64,000 bases of DNA, from NCBI GenBank assembly GCA_027491915.1, contig JAOZGC010000002.1, positions 192,001 through 256,000 of the forward strand. Reading direction: 5' to 3'. The translations under genes and the position numbers were made by a program. The notes beneath the pieces were generated by a model. It was given only the letters and a program-made list of their open reading frames with translations. It searched no databases and was not told where the DNA came from. This DNA comes from Thermoproteota archaeon. GTDB taxonomy: Archaea > Korarchaeota > Korarchaeia > Korarchaeales > Korarchaeaceae. Shown here piece after piece: positions 9,513 through 19,456 of the stretch (positions within the stretch are counted from its first letter, which is position 1; each line of letters starts with the position of its first letter).

Positions 9513-11073
9513 GGACCTCCCTCCCTATGGTCCTGTCCCTGTACACCTCCAGCACCATCCCCTCGACCCTCACCGGCTCGGTGGATCTGGCCACCTCGAG
9601 GGCCTTCTGGAGCTTGGACTGCCGCTCGGCGTATATCTCTATAAGGGGATCACCCGCCTCCACCCTGTCTCCCCTCTTTGCGAAGATCTTCACCCCTGCC
9701 CCCTTGTCCCCCGGCGCCCCCGCGGCCCTAGCTATCCTGACTATCGCCCTGTTCGATACGGCGGCCACGTATCCGGAGCTCTTCGCCCTTATCTGCGCGA
9801 CGTGCTCTCCGACGGGCACATCCTCGGGCTTCACATCGGGATCTCCTCCCTGGGCCTCTATTATTTCTCTCATCTTCTCGTAGGCTCTCCCGGTCTCCAA
9901 AATCTCCTTGGCCATTTTCTCACCGGCGCCAATGGCCGCCGCGCCTCCCATCTCGAGCAGCATCCCGGCTATGGCCACCGCCTTCTCTATCACGCTCCTG
10001 GATCCCCTGCCCCCGCTGGACAGTATCTCCAGGGCCTCTCGCGCCTCGAGCGCCGGTCCCACGCACCTGCCAACCGGCTGTCCTCCGTAGGATATCGCCA
10101 CCTGGGTCTCTATACCGAGCCTCTCGCCGAGTTCTATCAGGTTCCTGGCCATCCTCCTGGCCTCCTTGAAAGACTCGACCTTGGCCTCGGAGCCGACCGG
10201 AATGTCGAGAACGAGCCTTTTGACCCCAGCCGCCCTCTTCTTCGACATTATAGAGGCGTATATCAGGCTCTCGGGGTCTATTGATAGGGGATACTCCACC
10301 TTCCTTATGAAGATCCCGTCCACCGGGGACAGGTTGGCCCCCGCGGCCCAGGAGATGGACCCGCCGACCCTCTTGGTTATCTCCACTATCTCGCCGGGAG
10401 TCAGGTCCACCGGGGCCAGGACCTCCATGGTATCGACCGTCCCGGCTGGGCTCATTATGGCCCTGGTGCTCGTCTTCGGCATGAAGAGGCCCGCGGCGGC
10501 GACTATCGGGACAACTATGAGAGCGTCCTTGCTGTTGCCCGGGACGCCGCCGACGCTGTGCTTATCCACCACCAGGTAATCCCCGAAGTCCAGCCTGCTC
10601 CCGACGTCCGCCATGGCCCTGGTGAGGGCCTCCACCTCCTCCATGCTCATCCCGTGGTGATCCAGGCTGACCACGAAGGCCGTCAGCTCGACGTCGCTCA
10701 GCATCCCGTCGTAGACGTCCCTCACCAGGTCGAATATCTCCTTCTCCTCGAGCCTCTCTCCGCGCATCTTTTTCTTCACTGTGGCCACGGAGGGCGGTGG
10801 TGGAATCACCTCCACCGTGACCCGGTCGCCCTCCCTCAGGGGGAGCCTCCTCAAGACGTCGGAGAAGACCCCGAGCTCTCCCCTGCCAACGACGTCGTCC
10901 GACTCGGCGACGCTCGTGAGCGCCACCGCGTAGCTGTCCCCCTTGGCCACCTTGACCCTGTCGTGGGGCGACGCCCCGACCGCCTCCGCATCGGCCGAGT
11001 TCATCACGACGCGGGACTCTCCTATGGACACGTTGAACCTCTTGACCGTCAGCTCCAGGTTATCCAGCCCCAT
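9496..11073 (-). CDS. AMP phosphorylase (thymidine phosphorylase family)
   Basis: DKHSVGGVPGN, PKTSTRAIMSPAGTVDTMEV, GPALEAREAL, ARAAGAPGDKGAG, plus the N-terminal extension typical of archaeal AMPpase. Confidence 0.92.
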   Translation of the reverse strand: MGLDNLELTVKRFNVSIGESRVVMNSADAEAVGASPHDRVKVAKGDSYAVALTSVAESDDVVGRGELGVFSDVLRRLPLREGDRVTVEVIPPPPSVATVKKKMRGERLEEKEIFDLVRDVYDGMLSDVELTAFVVSLDHHGMSMEEVEALTRAMADVGSRLDFGDYLVVDKHSVGGVPGNSKDALIVVPIVAAAGLFMPKTSTRAIMSPAGTVDTMEVLAPVDLTPGEIVEITKRVGGSISWAAGANLSPVDGIFIRKVEYPLSIDPESLIYASIMSKKRAAGVKRLVLDIPVGSEAKVESFKEARRMARNLIELGERLGIETQVAISYGGQPVGRCVGPALEAREALEILSSGGRGSRSVIEKAVAIAGMLLEMGGAAAIGAGEKMAKEILETGRAYEKMREIIEAQGGDPDVKPEDVPVGEHVAQIRAKSSGYVAAVSNRAIVRIARAAGAPGDKGAGVKIFAKRGDRVEAGDPLIEIYAERQSKLQKALEVARSTEPVRVEGMVLEVYRDRTIGREVLREAP

Positions 11074-11127
11074 CCCCCCCTCGCCGCCGGCCCGGCATTA
11101 AATACCTACGGCACCCACTTTGGAGAG

Positions 11128-13638
11128 ATGCCCAGGAACCCTTGGGCCGCCGCCCTCTTGGCGATGCTCCCGGCCGCAGCCGTACCGACCCACTCTGCCC
11201 CGCAGGTCGGTCCGCAGCATTTCGGGATTGCCGTGCCGGGAGGTTTTGCGGCCTACCTGCTGAGGGGGAGTCTCGACGGCGTTGCCGTCTCGGTGCCCGG
11301 CGCCGACTGGTCCGTCATGTCGAAGCCGGTCATCGCGATCAGGTCGGCGGGCGAGGTCTCCCTAGCAGAGGGATGGAACGATCTAGAACTCGAACCATCC
11401 ATCGGTTGCTCTGGCCTCTACGTCTCGTCCTCCGGTTCAGGGGGGCGCCACGAGATCTTCTGCTTCGAGAGGGTGGAGGTTCCCCTCCCCGGCGCGGTTG
11501 AGGTATCCAAGGTGCTGCTGAGCTTCAACCTCACGGGGGAGGGGAGGGAAATCTCCGTTGGAGTTAGGTCCCAGCCCATATCGGACTTTCAAGTGATCGC
11601 CGCCGAGGAGAACGGGACGGCCGAGGTGGAGGTCGGGGAGAGGACCTACAGGGGGAGGTGGATTGCGGCGCTCAGGGGGTGGCTCTTCTCCTCGTCTAGG
11701 AAACTCATGCTCCTCAGCCTGGGAGGGACGCTTCGAAACTATACGGTTCTTCTTCAGACCGTATCAAATTCTCCCATAGAGTTGGATCTCTCGGATAGAG
11801 TTTCCGGCGTCGTTGCGGTCATGTTGGAGCCGGCGCCCAACAAGACCGTCGTGAGAATAGCCCGAGGCGGCCCAATACCGGCGGGCAGAGACCTGTCTCT
11901 AAGCGGGGATATGCCCGGAATTTTCCTGTGGCTCTTGGGTGGGGAGGATTTCCCAACGGAAGCGGAGATACTATCGCTGGAATTGGAGAGGGACCTTTCG
12001 GAGCTGGTCGTCAAAGTACCGGACAACGTCACGGCGGGCGATTACGAAGTGCGGGCCGGCGGCGCCGACCTGGATCTCTCCGTGGTTCCCCGCCCCGGAG
12101 ATGGGGGGATGCGCGTTCAGATACCAACGAGGCTGTCCGCCGGATCCAGGTTCACGATGAAGATGTTACCCCCACCCAACCCCAACGGTTCCGAGATAAT
12201 CCTGCTCAGCGAGATACTCCCATACGCGATAGTGATGAACCTCTCGAGGCTCCCTCCATACGCCTTCGACGTCTCCATCGACATACCACACTCCTCCGTT
12301 GACCTGTCCTCCGAGGTTATGTTGTCGGTGCTCTCCGGGGGAGAGCTGGCGGTCCAGGAGAGGAGGCCGGTGTCCCTGTTAGGATCGGTCAGGGTGAGCG
12401 TCGGTGGTCCGGAGATTTACTCCCTGATTGGAGAACCCATCGAGTTGGAGATACTAAACATGGGAACCAGGCCGCTGACGGTGGTCAACGTCACGCCGGT
12501 GCTGGACGGCGAGCCCGGCGAGACCCTCGACGTGAACCTCACTATCGGCCCCATGACCTCCTCCGACCTGGAGTTGAACGTCGACGTCTCCCCAGGCGAA
12601 CACGAGCTCTCCGTCCTGCTGGGGGTTCAAGATCCCCCCTGGAGCGGGCTGCTGGGGCACGGTCCCGAAAGGCTGATCGCGGCGGAGGCCGCGGCGGAGG
12701 TATATTTGGTCGGAGGGGAGAGGCTCAGGATTGGTGAGCCGGTCAATCTGACCCTAGAGATACGCCCCAACGTTCCCATGAGCGAGCTATCGGTGAGTTT
12801 GAACGTAACCGGTGCGGAATTCAACCTGTCTGGGAGGAATCTGAGCTGGAAGGATCTATCTCCCGGGCGGAGCGTCTCGATCCCCATAATCCTGCTGTCC
12901 GAGGATCCGGGGTCCGCGGAGATAGCGGTCGAGGGGAGGTTCCTGATGCATGGGAGGGAGGGAGTCTTCACCCGGAAGCTGACGGTCGAGTTCGGTGGGA
13001 TAACCGGGAGGGCCGTGGCATCCGTCAATTCCTCCGTCGTTTCGCCCGGATCACCCATCTCGCTGAAGATATCCGTGCTCGGTCCTCCGGGGAGCGTAAC
13101 GGTCATCGTCCCGGAGGGGTTCACCTCGCCGAACGCATCCGATGGGGTCATCGAGCTCCCCTCACCCGGGACCTTCGAGATACCCCTGAGGGCGGAGGCG
13201 AGTCCGGGGACATACCTACTGCCGCTCATGGTCAGGATCGGGAACTCCTCCATTCCGGTCGATCCGGCCGAGATAGTGATCTCAGAATCGACGTCGGGAG
13301 AGGTCAAACACCTACTGGCGAGGCTCCTTGATCTGAAGCGACGGTACAACAGCCTGAGGGAGCTCGGCCGGGGTGAGATATACGTTGTCGTCGGCGGAAA
13401 GAACATGACAGCGGCTGCGGCCCTGTCTCTCGCGTCGAATCTAATAGACTCAGGCCGCTACTCGGAGGCGTCCGAGGTGCTCGACTCGATCGAGGACGGG
13501 CTGGGGGGAGGGGTCTGGGGGGGCCTTGAGTTGGACGAGCCTGACCTGCTCCTGGCTCTGACCGTCATTGGATCGGCCTTGATGATCCTCCTCTCGTCCG
13601 TGAGGAGGGTTTCGGATTGGGATGGTTCGAGGAGTTAG
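11128..13638 (+). CDS. Large secreted, C-terminally membrane-anchored protein with beta-rich (Ig/CARDB-like) repeats
   Basis: ATG 11128 follows TTAAATA and GGAGAG. Signal peptide MPRNPWAAALLAML, many NxS/T sequons, C-terminal TM helix. The longer ORF from 10558 overlaps AMPpase antisense. Confidence 0.7.
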   Translation: MPRNPWAAALLAMLPAAAVPTHSAPQVGPQHFGIAVPGGFAAYLLRGSLDGVAVSVPGADWSVMSKPVIAIRSAGEVSLAEGWNDLELEPSIGCSGLYVSSSGSGGRHEIFCFERVEVPLPGAVEVSKVLLSFNLTGEGREISVGVRSQPISDFQVIAAEENGTAEVEVGERTYRGRWIAALRGWLFSSSRKLMLLSLGGTLRNYTVLLQTVSNSPIELDLSDRVSGVVAVMLEPAPNKTVVRIARGGPIPAGRDLSLSGDMPGIFLWLLGGEDFPTEAEILSLELERDLSELVVKVPDNVTAGDYEVRAGGADLDLSVVPRPGDGGMRVQIPTRLSAGSRFTMKMLPPPNPNGSEIILLSEILPYAIVMNLSRLPPYAFDVSIDIPHSSVDLSSEVMLSVLSGGELAVQERRPVSLLGSVRVSVGGPEIYSLIGEPIELEILNMGTRPLTVVNVTPVLDGEPGETLDVNLTIGPMTSSDLELNVDVSPGEHELSVLLGVQDPPWSGLLGHGPERLIAAEAAAEVYLVGGERLRIGEPVNLTLEIRPNVPMSELSVSLNVTGAEFNLSGRNLSWKDLSPGRSVSIPIILLSEDPGSAEIAVEGRFLMHGREGVFTRKLTVEFGGITGRAVASVNSSVVSPGSPISLKISVLGPPGSVTVIVPEGFTSPNASDGVIELPSPGTFEIPLRAEASPGTYLLPLMVRIGNSSIPVDPAEIVISESTSGEVKHLLARLLDLKRRYNSLRELGRGEIYVVVGGKNMTAAAALSLASNLIDSGRYSEASEVLDSIEDGLGGGVWGGLELDEPDLLLALTVIGSALMILLSSVRRVSDWDGSRS

Positions 13639-14633
13639 GATCGGCTGCCGCCGAGGCTATCACGAACTCGGCGGAGTCTTCTGGCCATCTGCTCGTCTTC
13701 TACCCTCCCTCTGTGGACGGGGTGGCGGCCGCCTTCCTGATCAGGGCCGCGCTGGAAGAGAGCTCCGTGGAAACGTCGTCGTTTCCGACCAGGCCGGAGG
13801 GCCTGCTCACCACTCTGGAAGAATCCCTTCGGATCGACTCGGAGGGCGCCGCCCTGGTGCTGTGCAATCCGCCTCCCCCCTCCCTGGCGCAACTCTCCAC
13901 GGAGGTCTTCCAATCCCTGGTGGTGTTGGACTCGAGCCTGCCTGGGGCCCCGGACCTCAGGGGCCTAGGGGTGAGGATCAACCCACTCCTCCTGGGCTGG
14001 CCGGAGCTCCCCTGCTCCCTCATATCCTTGGCCGCGGCCGTGCATATGGCGCCGGACACGGCCACCCTCTGCTGGATCGGCCTCTTGGGATTCATGTTCG
14101 AGGGAGAATACTCCTCCGTCGCGGGGGGAATTTCAATCCCAGGGAGGCCGCCGTCGTGGGGCGAGGTCCACCGACTGCGGACGATCCTCGCCGGCGCCCT
14201 TCTGGCGGAGCCGGAATCAGCCCCTCACCTGATCCAGGGGGTGCTGATGGAAGTCTGGGACGATCCATACCGCCTCCTAATTGGTCGGTCGGCGACCGTG
14301 GAGATCGTCAGGGCGAGTTCTCAGAAGGCCGCCGAGGGCGCGAGGAGGTCGGTCGCCGCGAGACGGATGGGTCCTTTCTCCGTCGTGGAGACCGAGCCGG
14401 ACCGTCGGCTGCCGCTGGCCGACCTCCTCGCCGGAGACGGCCCCGCCTTGATCTACGACGACGACGGGATAGTGGCCCATGCATCCGTGCGTAGACACGG
14501 AGTTTCCGCGATGGAGAGATTTCTCTCCCTGAACGTTGGAGATTTTTACGTGTCTGGTGGGGGCAGGGAGGCCGAGATCGTCGCGAGATCTTCCCTGATG
14601 GGTCTCATATTCGACGCGCTGCTGGGCCGGTGA
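13617..14633 (+). CDS. Degenerate DHH-superfamily (RecJ/Cdc45-like) protein
   Basis: LLVFYPPSVDGVAAA resembles DHH motif I (HxDxDG). VVLDSS sits where DHH is expected, followed by INP and a C-terminal SVR...GGG DHHA1-like pattern. Confidence 0.5.
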   Translation: MGWFEELGSAAAEAITNSAESSGHLLVFYPPSVDGVAAAFLIRAALEESSVETSSFPTRPEGLLTTLEESLRIDSEGAALVLCNPPPPSLAQLSTEVFQSLVVLDSSLPGAPDLRGLGVRINPLLLGWPELPCSLISLAAAVHMAPDTATLCWIGLLGFMFEGEYSSVAGGISIPGRPPSWGEVHRLRTILAGALLAEPESAPHLIQGVLMEVWDDPYRLLIGRSATVEIVRASSQKAAEGARRSVAARRMGPFSVVETEPDRRLPLADLLAGDGPALIYDDDGIVAHASVRRHGVSAMERFLSLNVGDFYVSGGGREAEIVARSSLMGLIFDALLGR

Positions 14634-14702
14634 ACGCGCCGCGCTCAGGTATCGTTTTATCCTGTGCGGGTCAGCCGCCGCGGGCCTTGGGAGGTCGTGG
14701 CG

Positions 14703-15029
14703 TTGACTCTCCGGGTTGCTGTTGCGACCGATGATGGAAATAAGGTAAAGGAAGATGAGTTTCATAGGGCAAAATATTTTGCCATATTCGATTTAACAGG
14801 TAGGAGCCCGACGAGGGTGGAGCTCAGGGTCAACACGAGGAGGGACAGGAAGGAACCCGCCTCCGTGCTCGAGATACTAAGGGACTGCGAGGTCCTGGTG
14901 GCCGGCAGCATAGACGATGAGAGCAGGGAGATCATGGAGTCCCTCGGCGTGATCGCCCACGCGACCAAGCGGGAGTCAGTCGAATCCGCGGTTCTTGAGA
15001 TAGCGGAGGGAATCTCCAAGCTTTCCTGA
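14703..15029 (+). CDS. NifB/NifX-family (FeMo-cofactor-binding fold) protein
   Basis: RVAVATDDG...FHRAKYFAIFD...ILRDCEVLVAGSI. TTG start at 14703 after GGAGG preferred over 14664. Confidence 0.8.
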   Translation: MTLRVAVATDDGNKVKEDEFHRAKYFAIFDLTGRSPTRVELRVNTRRDRKEPASVLEILRDCEVLVAGSIDDESREIMESLGVIAHATKRESVESAVLEIAEGISKLS

Positions 15030-15041
15030 ATTCTCCGATCG

Positions 15042-15854
15042 TTGGTGGGGGGTGTGACCCCTATAGGACCGCGCGGTGGAAACCTCTGGAAGGGGAGGGA
15101 GGTATACTCCGGCCTGTCCGTCCCGGGAGACCGCCCGGTCGTGGTCAGGGTGGACGGCTGGAACTTCCACTCCCTGGCGAGGGAGGTCGACCTGGCCTGG
15201 CCGTACGATGAGAGGCTGATCAGGGCGGCCGTGGAGGCCGCGGGAGAGGTGCTGAGGAGCGGCCTGCCGATATCGCTGGCCTACCTCTTCTCCGATGAGG
15301 TGTCCTACCTGATCGGGCCCCCTATCCCTTTCTCCGGTCGGGTCGAGAAGATAGTCTCCGTGGTGGCCTCCCTCACCTCCTCGGCCCTCTCGCTCTCCCT
15401 CTGGAGGGAGACCGGGAGGCCAAGGGCGGCGGCGATGGACGGCAGGGTAATCCTCCTTGACTGGGACGAGATCGGGGATTATCTATCCTGGAGACAGTCG
15501 GAGGCGTGGCGGAACCATCTCAACGCCTACGCCCAGCTGGCGCTCTTGAGAAAGGGTCTGAGTGGGAGAGAGGCGGCGGATCGACTGTCGGGCCTGAAAT
15601 CGAGCGATCTGCACGACCTCATATGGAGGGAGCTCGGGATCAATCCGACCGAGACCCCGAGCTGGCAGAGGAGGGGGGTGCTGGTGTACTGGGCCCGGGC
15701 CCCGAGACGCGCGGTCGATCCGAGGACCGAGAAGGAGGTCACCGTGTTCAGGCGGGCCCTCAGGATAGACTGGGAGATCCCAATCTTCTCATCCGAAGAG
15801 GGGAGAAAACTCCTGGGGTCGATATTAGGGTGGGCTCTGGGCGGTCCCGGGTAG
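15042..15854 (+). CDS. thg1: tRNA(His) guanylyltransferase Thg1-like protein
   Basis: VRVDGWNFH, FSDEVS, FSGRVEKI, YLSWRQSEAWRNHLN, WQRRG. Confidence 0.92.
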   Translation: MVGGVTPIGPRGGNLWKGREVYSGLSVPGDRPVVVRVDGWNFHSLAREVDLAWPYDERLIRAAVEAAGEVLRSGLPISLAYLFSDEVSYLIGPPIPFSGRVEKIVSVVASLTSSALSLSLWRETGRPRAAAMDGRVILLDWDEIGDYLSWRQSEAWRNHLNAYAQLALLRKGLSGREAADRLSGLKSSDLHDLIWRELGINPTETPSWQRRGVLVYWARAPRRAVDPRTEKEVTVFRRALRIDWEIPIFSSEEGRKLLGSILGWALGGPG

Positions 15855-17996
15855 TCCGAATCTGGCCACCGTTAGGATCTCTCCCAGCTCCACGACCCCG
15901 TTCCCATCATCGTCCACCCACCTGAGGACGTAACCCGTCCCGGGAGAGATCTCCTCCAGGTTGGCCGCCATCCATACCGACGCCGCCATGGTCCCATACC
16001 TGGTGATCCCCATGCCAGCGTAGACTATCCCCCCTCCCTCTTCCCTGTAAGCGAAGACGGCAGCGTAATCCCTCCTGGCCCAATCCCCCCCAGTTACGCT
16101 CCACCCCACCTCTAAGGACTCCACCCACAGCGTGTACGTCCCGTTCTCGCTGGTGAACATGATCCCTCCCACCTCCGCGGCCTCCGCCCCTTCCGGTATG
16201 GCTGAGGGCCCACCCAGCACGATCCTGCTTGGGATGGCCCCAAACCACCCCGCACCGCCGAGGGAGGATAACACCTCCGCGGCCGCCCTGTCCGTCCGCG
16301 CCGACACTATCCTGAGCTCGGTCCCGTTTGGTGCAGCCTCCCCGCCGACCTCCTCCGAGGCGTTTGCTGGCCGAGACTCGCCTCCTACTCCCCCGATCGT
16401 CCCCCTGTCGAACCCCCCTCCAGTCTCGACTTCTGCGGCGGGGACATCCCGCCTCGGATAGCACCCGAAGTACTTCTCCACGACCTCCCCCGGCGGCGAC
16501 CAAGAGTAGAAAGCGAGCCTATTCTGGGGGGACACGGCCGCCGGATTCAGACTGCTCCAATAATCGTGGAGTCCCAGGAAACCCAGCTCAGAGGTCAGCC
16601 TGCAGCACTTTCCAGGCTCCGTCCTCAGGCAGATCCCTCCTCCCAGCTCGTACAGTCCGAACGTCCTCCACCGACCGCACTCGACCGGTCCGCACTCCCC
16701 GTTTCCCGCGTCAGGCTCGACGCTAGTCAACACCCAGGTGAGATTTCCCACCTGCCTCACCTCACCCAGCGGCCAGCTCCCGTTCTCGTCGATGGAGTAC
16801 CAGTAAGGCCCGGCGGCGGTCCCGTTCCACAGCGTGATGGAAGAGATCCCATACCTGGCCTCGGCCACCCTCAGCCACCCCCCGAGGGGGAGGGCGAAGG
16901 GCCCGACCCTCGTCCCGTTTATCCTCAGGTATCCGACCATGAGGGGTCCTTTCTCTCCCTCTAACAGGAACCAGTCGTAATTCGACGGTGGCGCGTCGCG
17001 CGGCCACGTCTTCCCCACCTCCGTGACGTCGGGGATTCCGTCGCCGTCCCGATCAACCCTAAGCAGGACCGAGTTGTCTACCCACGGGCCGCTGAGGACG
17101 ACCTCCATGAACCTCTGGTCAACGTTGTCGACCCTAAGCACGTCCAGGAAGAAGATCACCGGAAAGTCGTCTATCCTGATGCGTGGGCCGCCCAAGTCGT
17201 TCAAGTACACGAACAGCTTTCCCACGTGCCCCGTGGCCGGATCGACCGCCGAGGAGTATTCCAGGAACAGCATCGTCTCGAGCTCACCTCCTCGGTAGAC
17301 CACTATGGTGGCGTTGAGCAGGTTGATGTCCTCCACGAACAACGTCCTGTTCAGGAAGGGGACGTCGTAGCTGGCCCCTTCGTACAGTATCGCGGTTCCG
17401 TGCCCGGTGGTGTCAAAGATCGGGGCGAATCCCGGCTTATTTAGGCTGTAGTACTCGGTTCTCCCCGTGAATATGTCGGTCGCGTTGATCTCCTGATCGC
17501 CCGTCCCTCCTATGTAGAAGAGACCGTCGTCGTATCTGACGGTCACGGGCTCCCAGGCGCCGGGATTCGTGTCTTCGTCCTTGTAGGCCGGGAGCCACGT
17601 CGTTCCCGAGAGGCGGGCGAGCATCACACCCTCCGGAATCTCCTCTATAAGCCTTCCCAGCGAGTAAGACAGAACAGGATAGCGGCAGGTCTGCCCGCCG
17701 ATCGCTGGGCACGAGGGACACGTCCCTGTCTCCAGGGTCTCATTTTCGTACCCTCTGGGAACCAGGAGGAAAGGCGGCGGGGATCCCTCCCCGAGGGGAT
17801 AGGCCACCTGCTCCGGGAACGATCCGGAGAAGGGCGGGTGCGTCGCGCCCCACCCATACCCGAAGGCGAGGCCCACCCCCCCCGGCAGGGATATGGACCC
17901 CACCCTTATCTCCCCCGGCCGGGACGTGAGGACCCGGCCCGCCGGCTGGGTCAAGACGGCAGCGCACACCAGCGCCAGGAAGACCCGCCGACTCAT
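15825..17996 (-). CDS. Secreted cell-surface protein with S-layer-like C-terminal domain
   Basis: Signal peptide, Cys clusters, NxT sequons. C-terminal VLGGP...DYAAV...GITRYGTMAA...WVDDDGNG pattern is seen in archaeal surface proteins. Confidence 0.6.
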   Translation of the reverse strand: MSRRVFLALVCAAVLTQPAGRVLTSRPGEIRVGSISLPGGVGLAFGYGWGATHPPFSGSFPEQVAYPLGEGSPPPFLLVPRGYENETLETGTCPSCPAIGGQTCRYPVLSYSLGRLIEEIPEGVMLARLSGTTWLPAYKDEDTNPGAWEPVTVRYDDGLFYIGGTGDQEINATDIFTGRTEYYSLNKPGFAPIFDTTGHGTAILYEGASYDVPFLNRTLFVEDINLLNATIVVYRGGELETMLFLEYSSAVDPATGHVGKLFVYLNDLGGPRIRIDDFPVIFFLDVLRVDNVDQRFMEVVLSGPWVDNSVLLRVDRDGDGIPDVTEVGKTWPRDAPPSNYDWFLLEGEKGPLMVGYLRINGTRVGPFALPLGGWLRVAEARYGISSITLWNGTAAGPYWYSIDENGSWPLGEVRQVGNLTWVLTSVEPDAGNGECGPVECGRWRTFGLYELGGGICLRTEPGKCCRLTSELGFLGLHDYWSSLNPAAVSPQNRLAFYSWSPPGEVVEKYFGCYPRRDVPAAEVETGGGFDRGTIGGVGGESRPANASEEVGGEAAPNGTELRIVSARTDRAAAEVLSSLGGAGWFGAIPSRIVLGGPSAIPEGAEAAEVGGIMFTSENGTYTLWVESLEVGWSVTGGDWARRDYAAVFAYREEGGGIVYAGMGITRYGTMAASVWMAANLEEISPGTGYVLRWVDDDGNGVVELGEILTVARFGLPGTAQSPP

Positions 17997-18077
17997 CCTC
18001 GGGGACCGGTGGGACCTGACCTATTAATCCATCCCTAGACGGAATCTAAAGGGTCATTCCGCGGGGGACGGAACATC

Positions 18078-18110
18078 AAAAAAGGCGGGCAGGCGGGCGA
18101 TGGCCCGCCT
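18078..18110 (-). terminator. Hairpin plus U-tract downstream of gdhA
   Basis: AGGCGGGC-CATC-GCCCGCCT then T6 on the minus strand. Confidence 0.65.
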
Positions 18111-18127
18111 AGAGAGGGAGAGGTGGC

Positions 18128-19456
18128 TCACGGCCAGATGCCGCGCCACTTCATGGCGCTGACGACCCGGTCTATGGCGAGCCAGAGGGCCGCCGTCCTC
18201 ATGTCAATCTTCTTCTCCTCGTGCAGGCTGTAGACGTCCCTGAAGGCCCTGGTCATCTTTGCCCTGAGCTTGTTCCTGACGGTCTCCAGGTCCCACCACT
18301 CCCTGTACCTGGCCTGAACCCACTCGAAGTAGCTGACGGTGACCCCCCCGGCGTTGGCCAGTATGTCCGGTATCATGAGGACGCCCTTCTCGTGCAGTAT
18401 GTCGTCGGCCTCCGGGGTGGTCGGCCCGTTGGCCGCCTCGGCTATCAGCTTGGCCTTTATCCTGTCGGCGTTGTCCTTCGTTATGACGTTCTCTATGGCC
18501 GCCGGTATGAGGACGTCGACGTCGAGCTCCAGCAGCTTGGCGTTGGCCGCCTTGGCGTCTTTATCCAAATTGGTTGCCCCCGGGAAGTCTCTGACGCTCT
18601 TATCATCGCTCTTCTGCTTGTGAGCCAGCACCGCATCCGGATCCAGTCCGTCGGGATTGTATATGCCTCCCTTGCTGTCGCTGACCGCCACAACCTTCAT
18701 GCCCAACTCGTGCATGAACTTGGCCGCGAAGTACCCGGCGTTCCCGTATCCCTGAACCGCTGCGGTGGCCCTCTTCGGATCTATGTTGAGGACCCTTATG
18801 GCCTCCTCGACGGTGTACTGCAGTCCCCTGGCCGTGGCCTCGTTCCTGCCCTCGCTGCCGCCCACCTCCAGCGGCTTGCCGGTGACCACGCCCGGCTCCG
18901 GATAGCCCACAATCTGGCTGTAGGTGTCCATTATCCAGGCCATCTCCCTGGGTCCGGTGTAGACGTCGGGGGCCGGTATGTCCCTGTTGACTCCTATTAT
19001 GGGGGATATCATGAAGGCGTATCTCCTGGTCAGCCTCTCCAGCTCTCCCTGGCTTAGGGCGTGCGGATCCACCTTTATCCCGCCCTTCGCCCCCCCGTAG
19101 GGTATGTCAACCACGGCGGTCTTCCAGGTCATCCACATAGCCAGGGCCTTCACCTCGTCCCTGTGGACGCCTGGGTGATACCTTATCCCGCCCTTGCACG
19201 GCCCCCTGGCGTCGTTGTGCTGGACCCTCCAACCGAGGAAGACCTCTATGCTGCCGTCGTCCATCCTAACAGGTATCTGGACCTCAAGCACCCTCTTCGG
19301 GGTCGCGAGTATCTTGTGATAGCTTGAATCGAGGTTCATGGCCTCAGCGGCCTTGTCCAGCTGCCTGAGGGCGTTGTACCAGGGATTCACCTCGGGGGGA
19401 GGGGTCGTCCCGAGGACGGCGTACGCCTCCCCTATGGGCACCCTCTTCTCGGTCAT
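18128..19456 (-). CDS. gdhA: Glutamate dehydrogenase
   Basis: GPCKGGIRYHP, PYGGAKGG, DIPAPDVYT, VTGKP, EATARG, QGYGNAG, EAANGP, NAGGVTVSYFEW. Confidence 0.96.
   Translation of the reverse strand: MTEKRVPIGEAYAVLGTTPPPEVNPWYNALRQLDKAAEAMNLDSSYHKILATPKRVLEVQIPVRMDDGSIEVFLGWRVQHNDARGPCKGGIRYHPGVHRDEVKALAMWMTWKTAVVDIPYGGAKGGIKVDPHALSQGELERLTRRYAFMISPIIGVNRDIPAPDVYTGPREMAWIMDTYSQIVGYPEPGVVTGKPLEVGGSEGRNEATARGLQYTVEEAIRVLNIDPKRATAAVQGYGNAGYFAAKFMHELGMKVVAVSDSKGGIYNPDGLDPDAVLAHKQKSDDKSVRDFPGATNLDKDAKAANAKLLELDVDVLIPAAIENVITKDNADRIKAKLIAEAANGPTTPEADDILHEKGVLMIPDILANAGGVTVSYFEWVQARYREWWDLETVRNKLRAKMTRAFRDVYSLHEEKKIDMRTAALWLAIDRVVSAMKWRGIWP

Noticed and set aside
10558-11127. N-terminal extensions of long ORFs (10558, 26186, 26881, 33806, 37435, 42933, 54554, 62934) suggesting fusions
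   Set aside because: The extensions overlap neighbouring genes, and better starts with SD/TATA context exist downstream
14703-15029. NifB/NifX domain as evidence of nitrogen fixation
   Set aside because: The family is widespread in non-diazotrophic archaea, and no nifHDK is present here
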